From Acaryochloris thomasi RCC1774 (GTDB lineage: Bacteria; Cyanobacteriota; Cyanobacteriia; Thermosynechococcales; Thermosynechococcaceae), in NCBI RefSeq assembly GCF_003231495.1, contig NZ_PQWO01000014.1:120001-152000 (forward strand): DNA of 32,000 nt, in the 5' to 3' direction. The notes under the pieces are model-generated. The model was given only the letters and a program-made list of their open reading frames with translations, was not told the DNA's origin and did no database searches. Shown piece after piece: positions 1 through 8,931 of this stretch; positions within the stretch are counted from its first letter, which is position 1, and every line of letters begins with the position of its first letter. The position numbers and the translations under genes were made by a program.

Positions 1-1206
1 ACGATTCCTAATCTAACGGGAATTTACAATGAGGGTGAGATTGTGGCCGCAGGGAGCCTTCCCATCTTTGAACCTAAGATGGTCCCTCCTCAGCCCCTCA
101 CGATTGGAATTGAAGGTCTTGATGTTTCAGTTGCTGAGCTTTACCAAGGCGGCGTCACAGGGCAGGTCATGATCACGGGGGCTGCGGTCGAACCCACGAT
201 TGGTGGCACCGTTAAGCTGAGCGATGGGCAAGTCTTGCTGGCGAAAGCGGCGGGGGGCTCATCAAACGAAGAAGAAGCTGTTCAAGAGACTCAAGCAGAA
301 GAAACGGTCAATACCGGCCCCCGTCGCTATGTACCGCTGTCGGAGCTAACCCCCACCGATCGGCCCATCCGTCTCAATAATTTGTCGCTGCAGCTAGAAG
401 ATAACGTGCGGGTGACCCAAGATCCTATCCTCAGCTTTGTTTCGACCGGTAACTTGCTGATCAATGGTTCGGCCACTGCCCCCGTTGTGGCGGGCAAGAT
501 TCGCTTTCGTAAGGGAACAATTAACCTGATTACGTCTCGCTTCCGTGTGGATCCGAGACGGGACAGCTTTGCTGAATTTGATCCTGCATTTGGGCTTGAC
601 CCCTACCTCAATATTGCGATGCGGACCACTGTCACAGAGACAACCCAGGCGAAATCGACGGATCTCAATGAGGCAGAAGAGGTCCCTGCTGGGGCACTGG
701 GGTCGTTTCAGTCTGTGCGAGTCAAGGCAACGGTAGATGGTCGCGCCAGTGAACTGGTCAGCAACTTTAAAGATGTTGTCGAGGTCACCAGTTCCCCGAG
801 GCGATCTGAGGGTGAAATAATTGCCCTGCTTGGGGGTGGGGTCACGAGCGCGGTTCAGCAGGGACAGGCCCAGCAGGCCGCTGTTAATCTGGCCGGTTCC
901 GCTGCCCTTTCGGGTGTCCAAGGACTGTTTGATGGTTTACTGGGCAGTCGGGCGACTTTCCGAGCTTTTCCGGTGTTGTTGCCTGACGTCAATGAAGGTG
1001 AAGGATCGGTGCTATCGCTGGGAGCAGAGCTAGGTTATGACGTCACCGATCGATTCTCTGTGTCGGTGCTGCAGGTGCTCACGGGGGTCGATGAACCGAC
1101 GCTGGTTAATCTTTCCTACGACATCAATCGAAACTTAACGACTCGAACCTCTGTCAGTACTGATGGTGAGGCCGTTGGGTCTTTGGAATATCGGATTCGA
1201 TTTTAG
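1..1206 (+). CDS. C-terminal part of a TamB/DUF490-type translocation-and-assembly-module protein (5' end outside the window)
   Basis: Frame 1 is open from nt 1, with no stop before the listed GTG at 43, so the window truncates the gene. The sequence is Gly/Val/Thr-rich and beta-strand-like, ending ...GSLEYRIRF, like the DUF490 C-terminus of TamB-like proteins. Recognised from memory, not searched. Confidence 0.5.
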   Translation, partial: TIPNLTGIYNEGEIVAAGSLPIFEPKMVPPQPLTIGIEGLDVSVAELYQGGVTGQVMITGAAVEPTIGGTVKLSDGQVLLAKAAGGSSNEEEAVQETQAEETVNTGPRRYVPLSELTPTDRPIRLNNLSLQLEDNVRVTQDPILSFVSTGNLLINGSATAPVVAGKIRFRKGTINLITSRFRVDPRRDSFAEFDPAFGLDPYLNIAMRTTVTETTQAKSTDLNEAEEVPAGALGSFQSVRVKATVDGRASELVSNFKDVVEVTSSPRRSEGEIIALLGGGVTSAVQQGQAQQAAVNLAGSAALSGVQGLFDGLLGSRATFRAFPVLLPDVNEGEGSVLSLGAELGYDVTDRFSVSVLQVLTGVDEPTLVNLSYDINRNLTTRTSVSTDGEAVGSLEYRIRF

Positions 1207-1338
1207 CAACCGCTAGCGTCGCTCTTCCTTTGGAAGCAGATAGGCTACAGGCTATCGCAACGGTTTTAGCTGATTTTAATTTCAGGGTTCTCGTCCTGAT
1301 CTACAACGGGTAAAGGATCTTTCTCTGCATACCTTTTT

Positions 1339-2958
1339 ATGAGAATCGTCAACAGGCGTCGCTTATTCCCCTGTTTAACTCTGTTTGTCGTTACCCTGTC
1401 GCTGTGCTGGACTCTGTTGACTCCTGTACAGGCTCAAGAAAGTGCCGCAATCAGAGCGCCAGTGGTGGTGGATGGCCGTGAAATTCTCAAGGTGGGTAAG
1501 GCCGGGGATTTTACAGCTGAGGAGCGGGCAGAGCAGGTCGCAGGGCCGCTGGAGCGAGCCGTTAGCGCCAACAAAAAGCCTCGAATTGAGGTTGAGGAGC
1601 GCAATAATCAGCCAGCGCTGATGTTAAACGATCGTTATTTGATGACGATTACGGCTGCTGATGTTGATGCTGCGATCTCCCCTCAATTTCAGGCCGATCG
1701 GTGGGCAAATAAGCTGGAGGATGCGATCGCAACGGCCCAATCTGAACGCAGTCTGCAGTACCGGGAGCAAGCCTGGATCATGGCTGCCGCCGTCGCTCTA
1801 GCCGCTTTAGGAATTCATTTGGGCTTGGGACGTCTTCAGACCTTCGTGCTGCGGCGGGTGTTGCACCAGCTCCCTGACCCCTCAGAATCAGTCGAAGGCA
1901 ACCAGGGGATTCGCCTCTCTTTTAGGGCCATACTTGCGATCGCACGCCTCGTCCTTTGGTGTAGTGCAGTTCTCTACATCGCCAATCTCTTCCCGGCTTC
2001 CCGCCAGCTTAGCTATGAGGTTACGACCGCCTTAAATACCGTCTTTACGGCCCCTCTCTTCACCGTTAGCAACAGTGCCTTCTCACTGATCGATCTGCTG
2101 ATCTTACTGGCGTTATTCTGGGCCTTGGTCGTAGGGATTGGCACCCTCACCCAGCTCCTGCAAACGCGCATCCTTGCCCGAACAGGAATGGCACGAGGCG
2201 CCCAGGAAATAGTTGCAGTAATCGTCAAATATGCCCTGCTGGTGGTCGGCACCATTGTGCTGCTGCAGGTTTGGGGACTGGACCTTAGTTCGCTCACCCT
2301 CTTGGGCAGTGCCGTGGGAGTTGGTATTGGCTTCGGATTTCAAGATATCGCTAAAAATCTGGGCAGTGGCTTAGTGCTGCTATTTGAGCGCTCGGTTCAG
2401 GTCGGAGACTTTATTGAAGTCAACGACCATATGGGCACCGTTGAACGGGTCGGTGCCCGCAGCATTATTTTGAGAACCCTTGATCAGATTTCAATCATCG
2501 TGCCCAACTCGCGACTGCTCGAAGAGGAAGTCATTAACTGGAGTCATAATCGTGCTCCTTCCCGACTGCATCTGCCTGTGGGTGTTGCCTACGGCTCTGA
2601 TCTCAACGCTGTGAAGGAGTCACTCTTGAAGGCCGCTAAAGACCATACAGACGTCGTCAAAAGTCCACCTCCAAGGGTTGTCTTTGTTGGCTTCGGCGAT
2701 AGTTCGCTAGACTTTGAGCTATTGATTTGGCTGCGACGACCGGAACGCCAGCTCCTTGTTAAAAGCGATCTGTATTTCCACATCGACGCAATTTTGCGGC
2801 AGAGAAACATTGAAATACCATTTCCGCAGCGCGATTTGCATGTTCGTTCAGGTGAAATCCGCCTGTCTGAGTCACTAGAGGCAGGCCTTCTCCATCTCCT
2901 AAATGGAAATGCAGGCCATCCTTCAAAATCCTCTCAGCCTAATGAAGAAGCTCCATAG
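1339..2958 (+). CDS. Mechanosensitive ion channel family protein (MscS-like) with N-terminal signal peptide and periplasmic domain
   Basis: 539-aa ORF. Signal-like N-terminus (LFVVTLSLCWTLLTPVQA). Several TM helices, then the MscS core GFGFQDIAKNLGSGLVLLFERSVQVGDFIEV...GTVERVGARSIILRTLD. Confidence 0.85.
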   Translation: MRIVNRRRLFPCLTLFVVTLSLCWTLLTPVQAQESAAIRAPVVVDGREILKVGKAGDFTAEERAEQVAGPLERAVSANKKPRIEVEERNNQPALMLNDRYLMTITAADVDAAISPQFQADRWANKLEDAIATAQSERSLQYREQAWIMAAAVALAALGIHLGLGRLQTFVLRRVLHQLPDPSESVEGNQGIRLSFRAILAIARLVLWCSAVLYIANLFPASRQLSYEVTTALNTVFTAPLFTVSNSAFSLIDLLILLALFWALVVGIGTLTQLLQTRILARTGMARGAQEIVAVIVKYALLVVGTIVLLQVWGLDLSSLTLLGSAVGVGIGFGFQDIAKNLGSGLVLLFERSVQVGDFIEVNDHMGTVERVGARSIILRTLDQISIIVPNSRLLEEEVINWSHNRAPSRLHLPVGVAYGSDLNAVKESLLKAAKDHTDVVKSPPPRVVFVGFGDSSLDFELLIWLRRPERQLLVKSDLYFHIDAILRQRNIEIPFPQRDLHVRSGEIRLSESLEAGLLHLLNGNAGHPSKSSQPNEEAP

Positions 2959-3023
2959 CTGCTGTTCACAACAATTTCAGTTAAGCACGTTAGGGGAAAA
3001 CAACTTTGCATGAACGATACGCC

Positions 3024-4778
3024 ATGTCTCACCCTCTACCTCTGTTGAGAGCGGTCATGCGCTGTCGCCATTTTCTGCCCGGCCCGGCAAGCCTGATGCT
3101 CGTAGGTTCGATGGCGACTCCCATCATGTTGGCGGCCCCGACCCCCGAAGCAGTCCAGCCCCAGGGTGGCAACATCGTTGAGCGCCTGCTTCCGTTCGCG
3201 AATGGCTCTGAAGATATCGCCACTGGAATGGTCCACTTGGATGGCTACCGGCTAGTCTCAATTACGGCACCTGTCATCCAATCAGAGAACCGTGGCTCGG
3301 GTACGCCGTCTCCCATCAAACAGCGAATTAGCATCGTTGAAGATCGCCTGCAGAGCTTGGTCAAAGAAAATCCAGAAACGCTTACCGTCACTCAGCAGAT
3401 TGACGCAGCCACGCAGCTACCAGTGCTCTATGTTAACGGCCAGGAACTGATGACCGTCACGAATCAAGATGCCCTACTGTATTCTAGCGACCCAGATCAG
3501 TGGGCAACGGAGCTAGCGACCCTTCTGCAACAGGCCCTGCAGCGCGCCCAGCAAGAGCGACAGGCCGATTATCTCAGACAGCAAGCCCGATGGGCTGCCG
3601 GGATTGGCTTCGTGATGCTGGGAGGCGTCTTGTTGATGACTTGGCGGCAGCGATACCTCAAGACTCAACCATTCGATACGGCGACGACATCAAGTGCCGC
3701 AGAGGAGGCGACAGAAGCCGGTCAAACGAAAGATGCAGCCCTCACGATCAAAGATGGGAAGCAACTGCAGCATCGGCGCAATACCCGACGACTGAAGCTG
3801 TTGCTGCTGCAGCTAGGAAAATTTGCCTTAGTCGCTGGGGGCAGCTTTAGGATTCTGGGCTTGTTCCCTCAGACCCGGTGGCTACAGGTGATGGTCTTGA
3901 TCGGTGCGAGGGTGCCTTTGCGACTACTGGGTATTGTTTTGCTGACCTATCTACTGATCAGAGTCAGCTTTGTCTTGATTGACCGACTCTTTGCTGCGTT
4001 TAGACAACAGCCTTTTCTTCCCTCTATCCGGTCGCAGCGCAGTACACTCCGCATCACCACTGTGGCTAGAGTGCTGCGTGGGGTGAGTGTCGTCATTCTC
4101 ACCGGCATCGGTGCGCTGGGAATGCTTGCTGTTTTGGGCATTGACTTGGTGCCGCTGCTGGCGGGGGTCAGCGTGATTGGATTGGCGGTCTCTTTTGCGA
4201 GTCAGAGCCTGATCAAAGACACGATTAATGGCTTCTTTATTCTGCTAGAGGACCAGTATGGTGTGGGGGATATCATCGTTGTGGGTGCGGTTTCGGGGCT
4301 GGTGGAGCATATGAACCTACGGATTACGCAGCTCCGAGACAGTGAAGGACGCCTAATTACGGTGCCCAACAGCATGGTCGATATCGTCCAGAATCTTTCA
4401 AAGGACTGGTCGCGGGTCGATTTGTTTATTGATGTGGCCTACAGTGCAGATCCAGAACAGGCGCTAGCGGTGGTCAAGCAGGTCGCGGCAGATTTATATT
4501 GCGATCGCAACTGGAGCCAAGAAATCCTGGAGCCGCCTGATGTTTTAGGAATCGAGAACCTGACCCACACCGGTATGACCATCCGCACCTGGATCAAAAC
4601 GGTGCCGCTCTCTCAGTGGAATGTTTCCCGTGAATTTCGTCGTCGCCTAAAGCTGCAGTTAGATGCGGCTAACATTGCGATTGGCATCCCTCAACAGAGA
4701 ATCACAACGGAGAATGGAGCAAGCTATCCCACACAGAGAATTGATTCAGGGATCACCCTTAACAAATCTGAAGAGTAA
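3024..4778 (+). CDS. Mechanosensitive ion channel family protein (MscS-like), tandem paralog
   Basis: ORF listed from TTG 3006; I prefer the in-frame ATG at 3024. MscS core SFASQSLIKDTINGFFILLEDQYGVGDIIVVG...GLVEHMNLRITQLRD. Same architecture as the upstream gene. Confidence 0.85.
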   Translation: MSHPLPLLRAVMRCRHFLPGPASLMLVGSMATPIMLAAPTPEAVQPQGGNIVERLLPFANGSEDIATGMVHLDGYRLVSITAPVIQSENRGSGTPSPIKQRISIVEDRLQSLVKENPETLTVTQQIDAATQLPVLYVNGQELMTVTNQDALLYSSDPDQWATELATLLQQALQRAQQERQADYLRQQARWAAGIGFVMLGGVLLMTWRQRYLKTQPFDTATTSSAAEEATEAGQTKDAALTIKDGKQLQHRRNTRRLKLLLLQLGKFALVAGGSFRILGLFPQTRWLQVMVLIGARVPLRLLGIVLLTYLLIRVSFVLIDRLFAAFRQQPFLPSIRSQRSTLRITTVARVLRGVSVVILTGIGALGMLAVLGIDLVPLLAGVSVIGLAVSFASQSLIKDTINGFFILLEDQYGVGDIIVVGAVSGLVEHMNLRITQLRDSEGRLITVPNSMVDIVQNLSKDWSRVDLFIDVAYSADPEQALAVVKQVAADLYCDRNWSQEILEPPDVLGIENLTHTGMTIRTWIKTVPLSQWNVSREFRRRLKLQLDAANIAIGIPQQRITTENGASYPTQRIDSGITLNKSEE

Positions 4779-4801
4779 TGCGAAGGTCTTCAATTAGAAA
4801 C

Positions 4802-5305
4802 TCAATTATGACTTTTGGCTCTGTCTCCAACCTTAGGTGCCCAGGAGAGAAAACAACGAGTGCCTCGTTGCTCCGTCACCGTTGCACTGATGCGATCATA
4901 GAACTGCAGTCCGCGAATATTGCGGGCATCGGCGGTCCAAGCTAAGTGGGTACAGTTATACTCTTGAGCAATCTGAGCGAGATGGTGCATTAAAGCTGCC
5001 CCTGCTCCTTGACTGCGCTGCATTTCATCGATGTATAAATCATCAAGCCAGATACTGGGCTGTCCGGCAAAGGATGAATACCGAAAACCATAGAGAGCGA
5101 ACCCCACGGGACTATCGTTCAGTTCAGAAAACAGGACGTAGGCAAAGGGAACAGCGCCGAACAGTGTTTGCTGTAGCTTGTCTGGGGTGACTCCCAAAAC
5201 ACCTTGGTAGGCACCGACCGCACGATCAAACTCTGATTTTTTGCGGATGTAGGCATCAATTAGCGGAATATCGTTAGCAAGTGCGGGTCGAATCTTAAGT
5301 GTCAT
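4802..5305 (-). CDS. GNAT family N-acetyltransferase
   Basis: 167 aa. Acetyl-CoA-binding motif region YIDEMQRSQGAGAALMHHL (Q/R-x-x-G-x-G/A). The start overlaps the stop of the upstream gene in ATGA at 5302-5305. Confidence 0.8.
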   Translation of the reverse strand: MTLKIRPALANDIPLIDAYIRKKSEFDRAVGAYQGVLGVTPDKLQQTLFGAVPFAYVLFSELNDSPVGFALYGFRYSSFAGQPSIWLDDLYIDEMQRSQGAGAALMHHLAQIAQEYNCTHLAWTADARNIRGLQFYDRISATVTEQRGTRCFLSWAPKVGDRAKSHN

Positions 5306-5772
5306 TTGAATAGCTTAGAACTCAGATTCTTGAATATTGCAGGTACCAGCTTAGGACCAGGAAGGAAAATAATTCCTAGCTGCTGCATCAGTCCCTGAGC
5401 ATCACCTTGGCCCCAGTGTTCAACGATTTTTCCGTTCTCTAGGCGGTCGATGTGCATGATTGCGATCGCAATCTCTTTCCCAGTCGGCGGCAGACCTTGG
5501 AACTCACCCAGATGTGTTGCCGTGAAGGTGCCACAGGTGACGACCTGATCATCAGTCGCAATCACCTGATCGAAGGTGTGCTTGCTGTTGGAGAAAGCAG
5601 TATAGAAGGTTTGACCAAAGGCTTTGAATTCCTCAGCGTTCAGCAGCTCTGGTATTCCGGCCATGTGGGCAACGAAGTTCGGGGCCAGCATGGCTAAGGC
5701 TTGGTCAATGTTGCGATCATCAAAGGATTGATAGAACTGGAGGACTTGGGTCTGGTTGCGATCTTGAGACAT
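5302..5772 (-). CDS. SnoaL-like ester cyclase family protein
   Basis: 156 aa. N-terminal NQTQVLQFYQSFDDRNIDQALAMLAPNFVAHM and C-terminal ...HIDRLENGKIVEHWGQGD are typical of the NTF2/SnoaL-like ester cyclases. Translationally coupled to the GNAT gene. Confidence 0.65.
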   Translation of the reverse strand: MSQDRNQTQVLQFYQSFDDRNIDQALAMLAPNFVAHMAGIPELLNAEEFKAFGQTFYTAFSNSKHTFDQVIATDDQVVTCGTFTATHLGEFQGLPPTGKEIAIAIMHIDRLENGKIVEHWGQGDAQGLMQQLGIIFLPGPKLVPAIFKNLSSKLFK

Positions 5773-5896
5773 TTCGTACTCTGTACCCGTTCAATCTCAG
5801 CTCAATTAGGTTCTACCTAACTCTAATGTACAGGTGGAGATTTCGAGAGTCTATTAAAATGCTGCGGTAACGAGAGGCTGAATCCCTTTCCAAGCT

Positions 5897-6823
5897 TCAC
5901 TTCCTTCTGTTGGATGCTTCAAGTGTGGTTCTGGACGCAAAATCCCTATCAGTGCTCGCTTGTCTAAGCTTTTCTGGATTGCGAACGAAGTAAAGGGTCT
6001 GAATATGGCCCTGGGCAACATCAAAAGCCATCACAGAATCAATCGTGTTTGCAGTTGTGTAAAGCAGACCAGATTGACTATTGACCTGGATGAATTGAGC
6101 CTCGGAATACAGTCCCAGCCTTTGTTGACGGCGATTGATTGCCAGCAGAAAGCGAGCCACTTTTACGTTTCGGTGGAGCGGCTTGAGGGCTGCAACTACT
6201 TTGCCTCCGCCATCGGAATAAAGGGTGATGTCGTCTGCTAGAAGATTCAACAATCCTTGCAGATCACCTTGTTCGCAAGCCCGGAGAAACTGTTGTGTGA
6301 TTTCTTCTCTTTGGTGAGGGGAGGTAGAAAAACGCGATCGCACATCATGAATACGCTGCTTGGCTCGGCGGGCAATTTGGCGGCAGTTGCTGGGGCTTTT
6401 CTCTACGATGAGGCCGATGGTGTTGTAGTCATAGTCAAAGATCTCTCTCAGTAAAAAAACGGCTCGTTCTATGGGGGATAGACGCTCTAGTAAGACCAGA
6501 AAAGCCATTGACAGTGAATCAGCCTGTTCTGCTTTGGCAGCAGGATCTGCGGCAGAAGTGACGATGGGTTCAGGAAGCCAGGGGCCAATGTACTGCTCTC
6601 GCTTAACTTGTGCCGATCGGAGGCGATCAATGCAGAGTCGGGTAACGATGGTGGTCAGGTAACGTTTGGGGGATTGAACCTGATTGTTTGAGGCACGCTG
6701 CCAGCGCAGAAAGGTTTCCTGGACCATATCTTCGGCATCCATGATGGTGCCGAGCATTCGATAGGCAATGCCAAACAGCAGCGATTGATATTGCTGAAAG
6801 GTCTCTAGCGTTGAGACATCCAT
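5897..6823 (-). CDS. ECF sigma factor of group ECF41 (SigJ-type) with fused SnoaL-like C-terminal regulatory domain
   Basis: 308 aa. Sigma-2 and sigma-4 regions (FGIAYRMLG..DAEDMVQETFLRW; ERAVFLLREIFDYDY..IGLIV). Also the three ECF41 signature motifs: WLPEP (GPWLPEPIV), DGGGK (LYSDGGGKVV) and NPEKL (canonical NPDKL). No anti-sigma gene is adjacent. Confidence 0.85.
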   Translation of the reverse strand: MDVSTLETFQQYQSLLFGIAYRMLGTIMDAEDMVQETFLRWQRASNNQVQSPKRYLTTIVTRLCIDRLRSAQVKREQYIGPWLPEPIVTSAADPAAKAEQADSLSMAFLVLLERLSPIERAVFLLREIFDYDYNTIGLIVEKSPSNCRQIARRAKQRIHDVRSRFSTSPHQREEITQQFLRACEQGDLQGLLNLLADDITLYSDGGGKVVAALKPLHRNVKVARFLLAINRRQQRLGLYSEAQFIQVNSQSGLLYTTANTIDSVMAFDVAQGHIQTLYFVRNPEKLRQASTDRDFASRTTLEASNRRK

Positions 6824-7288
6824 CAGTGAGTTGACTCGGTCACTTGGTAGCTGCCAGGGATCATTTGGGTGGTGATGGCAATCCGATTCCAGGCATTGAT
6901 GGTGATGATGGTCATCAAGATTTGGGTGACGGCTTCGGGAGTGAAATATTGGCTGGCGAGATCATAGATGGCATCGGGAACTCCCTGTTTATGGATTTGG
7001 GTGACGGCTTCGGTGAGGGCAAGGGCAGCTCGTTCTTCGGGAGTGAAGAAAGGGGGTTTCTGACCAGGCGGTGAGAGCGTAGAGGCGCTGTTCGGTTTCG
7101 CCATCGGCTCTGGCTTCTTTGGTGTGCATATCAATGCAGAAAGCACAGCCGTTGATTTGAGAGGCTCGGAGTTTGATCAGATGCTTGAGCTTTTTGCTGA
7201 AGCCACTTTGGGCTAAGTATTGTTCTAGACCCATCATGCTTTGATAGGCGGCTGGCTCGATTTTGCCGAATTCGAGTCTCTGGCTCAT
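6823..7288 (-). pseudogene. Carboxymuconolactone decarboxylase / AhpD-like family gene, interrupted by a +1 frameshift
   Basis: ORFs 6989..7315 and 6823..7146 are the N- and C-halves of one CMD protein (MSQRLEFGKIEPAAY...INGCAFCIDMH...ALTAWSETPF | FTPEERAALALTEAVT...). The frames switch in the run GAAACCCCCTTTCTTC (minus strand; G5 at 7052-7056 on plus). The likely start is ATG 7288, preceded by AAGGAGA at 7302..7296. Confidence 0.8.
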
Positions 7289-7324
7289 AGGGGTATCTCC
7301 TTGTTGTATGCCCATATCTATATA

Positions 7325-7351
7325 GACGGGGCAGGAGTGTTGAGTGTGACA
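7325..7351 (-). promoter_or_regulatory. ECF41-type promoter, TGTCACA-N16-CGTC
   Basis: The minus strand reads TGTCACA (7351..7345), a 16-nt spacer ctcaacactcctgccc, then CGTC (7328..7325). This is an exact match to the ECF41-dependent promoter consensus reported by Wecke et al. 2012. It sits about 37 nt upstream of the SD-preceded ATG of the CMD gene. Confidence 0.6.
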
Positions 7352-7487
7352 GTTGTTTCTGGAAACATCTAAACGGTCTGTTCAGTGGTCTGATAGCAGA
7401 GGCCGCAAACTCCAGGAGAGGTCGCTATGGATCTGTCTTAAAGTCGTTCAGTCCCTGCTGAATCCCTGCAACGATTTCTTCAGCGTC

Positions 7488-7961
7488 TTACTCTTCTCGT
7501 ACGGGCATCTGCAAAGAGAACTTGTCCAATAGCTGTGAATATTCTTCTGGAGTAGGTTGCCCCTGGTAATTTAGTGTTTCCTCACTGCAGTGTATCCAGG
7601 GTTGAGCGCTGCGAATCCACAAGTTGCCGACGGCTCGTAACTCACGGGTATCATCCAGCGTTCCAGGCTTGATATTGGTAATCTGCGGATTACGAGTTGG
7701 ATTGTGGAACAGCCGCGTGCCGCACTCGCCACAAAAGAAGCAGACAACCTCTCGTCCACTATCGGACGTTCGACTCCATTGTTTCGGTGTGCCTTGAAGC
7801 AAAATAACGGCAGCACGGGGTACCGGCATTGACATCCCAAAAGCGCTGGCTGATTGTCGCTGACACTCCCTGCAGTGGCAGGCATAGACAGTCAGCGGTT
7901 CAGCCCGAATCTCATACCGAACTTGTCCACACTGACACCTCCCGGTGTATGGAGCTGTCAT
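7488..7961 (-). CDS. GFA family protein (glutathione-dependent formaldehyde-activating / CENP-V-like zinc protein)
   Basis: 157 aa with the GFA Cys pattern: GRCQCGQVRYEI, YACHCRECQRQSASAFG, FCGECGTRLF. Confidence 0.8.
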   Translation of the reverse strand: MTAPYTGRCQCGQVRYEIRAEPLTVYACHCRECQRQSASAFGMSMPVPRAAVILLQGTPKQWSRTSDSGREVVCFFCGECGTRLFHNPTRNPQITNIKPGTLDDTRELRAVGNLWIRSAQPWIHCSEETLNYQGQPTPEEYSQLLDKFSLQMPVREE

Positions 7962-8219
7962 AGGCTTCTACCTCTTCATGGCTAATGTTTGGGCAACTGA
8001 CCCTACCTGAGATGCAACCAAGCTTCAGAGATATTTGCTTGAGCGCTTGTCATTAAGAGTCTAGCTAAGCTCCTTGCTTTGCGATCGCAACCTTGTAAAG
8101 CGAGGTAGCAATCGCATCTCTAGCAAACGCCTGCGTAGCGATAAACGTACAATGGTTTGATTAAGTCCTCTGGAACGATAATTCCCGAAGGCTAAGGCTG
8201 TTGAGCTGTGTGATTGGTG

Positions 8220-8924
8220 ATGGTGACTGTTCCCCAAACTTTAGAAGCTTCTGTGACTCAGGCGGTTGAGGCGACGCGGGTTGCGATCGCATCCGGAAAA
8301 TCCCGTCTCCAAATAGAGCTAGCCATCCCAGAGCTAAAGGCGATGCCGGTGGCCGAGCAGTTCCTCAGGCAATATCCAGATCTGGCTGAAACCGTAAAAG
8401 TCTTTTTCTCAGATGCCGGGGCAGCAGCGCTGGCACGGCGAGACTGGGAAGGCATCAACTGTAAGCTGTACGGCCTAGAGGAATTATGGGAGCCGATTCA
8501 GCCCGAAGACCAAGCCTTCCTAATTGTGGCCTCCACAGCCGTCGAGATTAAGCGTGTCGAGAAAATGTGTGAAGAAGCAGGCGATCGCCCGTTCATCTTG
8601 CTCAACCCTCAGCTTCAGGATGTCGCCGTGATTGGCATCGGTGCCGCCGGACGGCAGCTACGCGAGCGGTTCATAAACACCATCGAAATTTGCTACTATC
8701 TGCGGCCCCTAGAGCAGGGTGTACTGCTGCGGTCCTTCCCTAACCTTTGGCAGCTCTGGTGGGAACAGGAGTCCGGAGATTACGAGCTGTTGGGGGAAAA
8801 TGAAACTCGACCCGGCAATGAGCGGTTAGCTGAGATGATGGAGTCAAAGCTTTCGCCATCACAGGCTCCGAAAAAAGGGATCCTTCAATCTCTGCAGCAG
8901 TTTATTAATGCCTTAAGCCAGTAA
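8220..8924 (+). CDS. DUF1995 family protein (cyanobacterial/plastid-lineage conserved protein)
   Basis: ORF opens at TTG 8214, with GTG at 8217 and ATG at 8220; ATG chosen. The N-terminal pattern LEASVTQAVEATRVAIASGKSRLQIELAIPELKAMPVAEQFL resembles DUF1995 proteins as I remember them. Confidence 0.6.
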   Translation: MVTVPQTLEASVTQAVEATRVAIASGKSRLQIELAIPELKAMPVAEQFLRQYPDLAETVKVFFSDAGAAALARRDWEGINCKLYGLEELWEPIQPEDQAFLIVASTAVEIKRVEKMCEEAGDRPFILLNPQLQDVAVIGIGAAGRQLRERFINTIEICYYLRPLEQGVLLRSFPNLWQLWWEQESGDYELLGENETRPGNERLAEMMESKLSPSQAPKKGILQSLQQFINALSQ

Positions 8925-8931
8925 GTCGGCA

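Noticed and set aside
394-921. 175-aa minus-strand ORF (plus small plus-strand ORFs at 545..736 and 821..1033) inside the TamB-like gene
   Set aside because: It lies entirely antisense to, or out of frame with, a long and coherent coding frame. The composition is Arg/Gly/Ser/Pro-rich, as is typical of shadow ORFs. It has no motif.
6823-7315. Treating ORFs 6989..7315 and 6823..7146 as two separate small overlapping genes
   Set aside because: Together they reconstitute one CMD/AhpD-like protein, with the junction in a C5/T3 run. Neither half would be a complete domain.
7571-7885. 104-aa ORF in another frame of the GFA gene
   Set aside because: It is nested within the GFA coding frame, which carries the full Cys-motif set. 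The alternative frame has no features.
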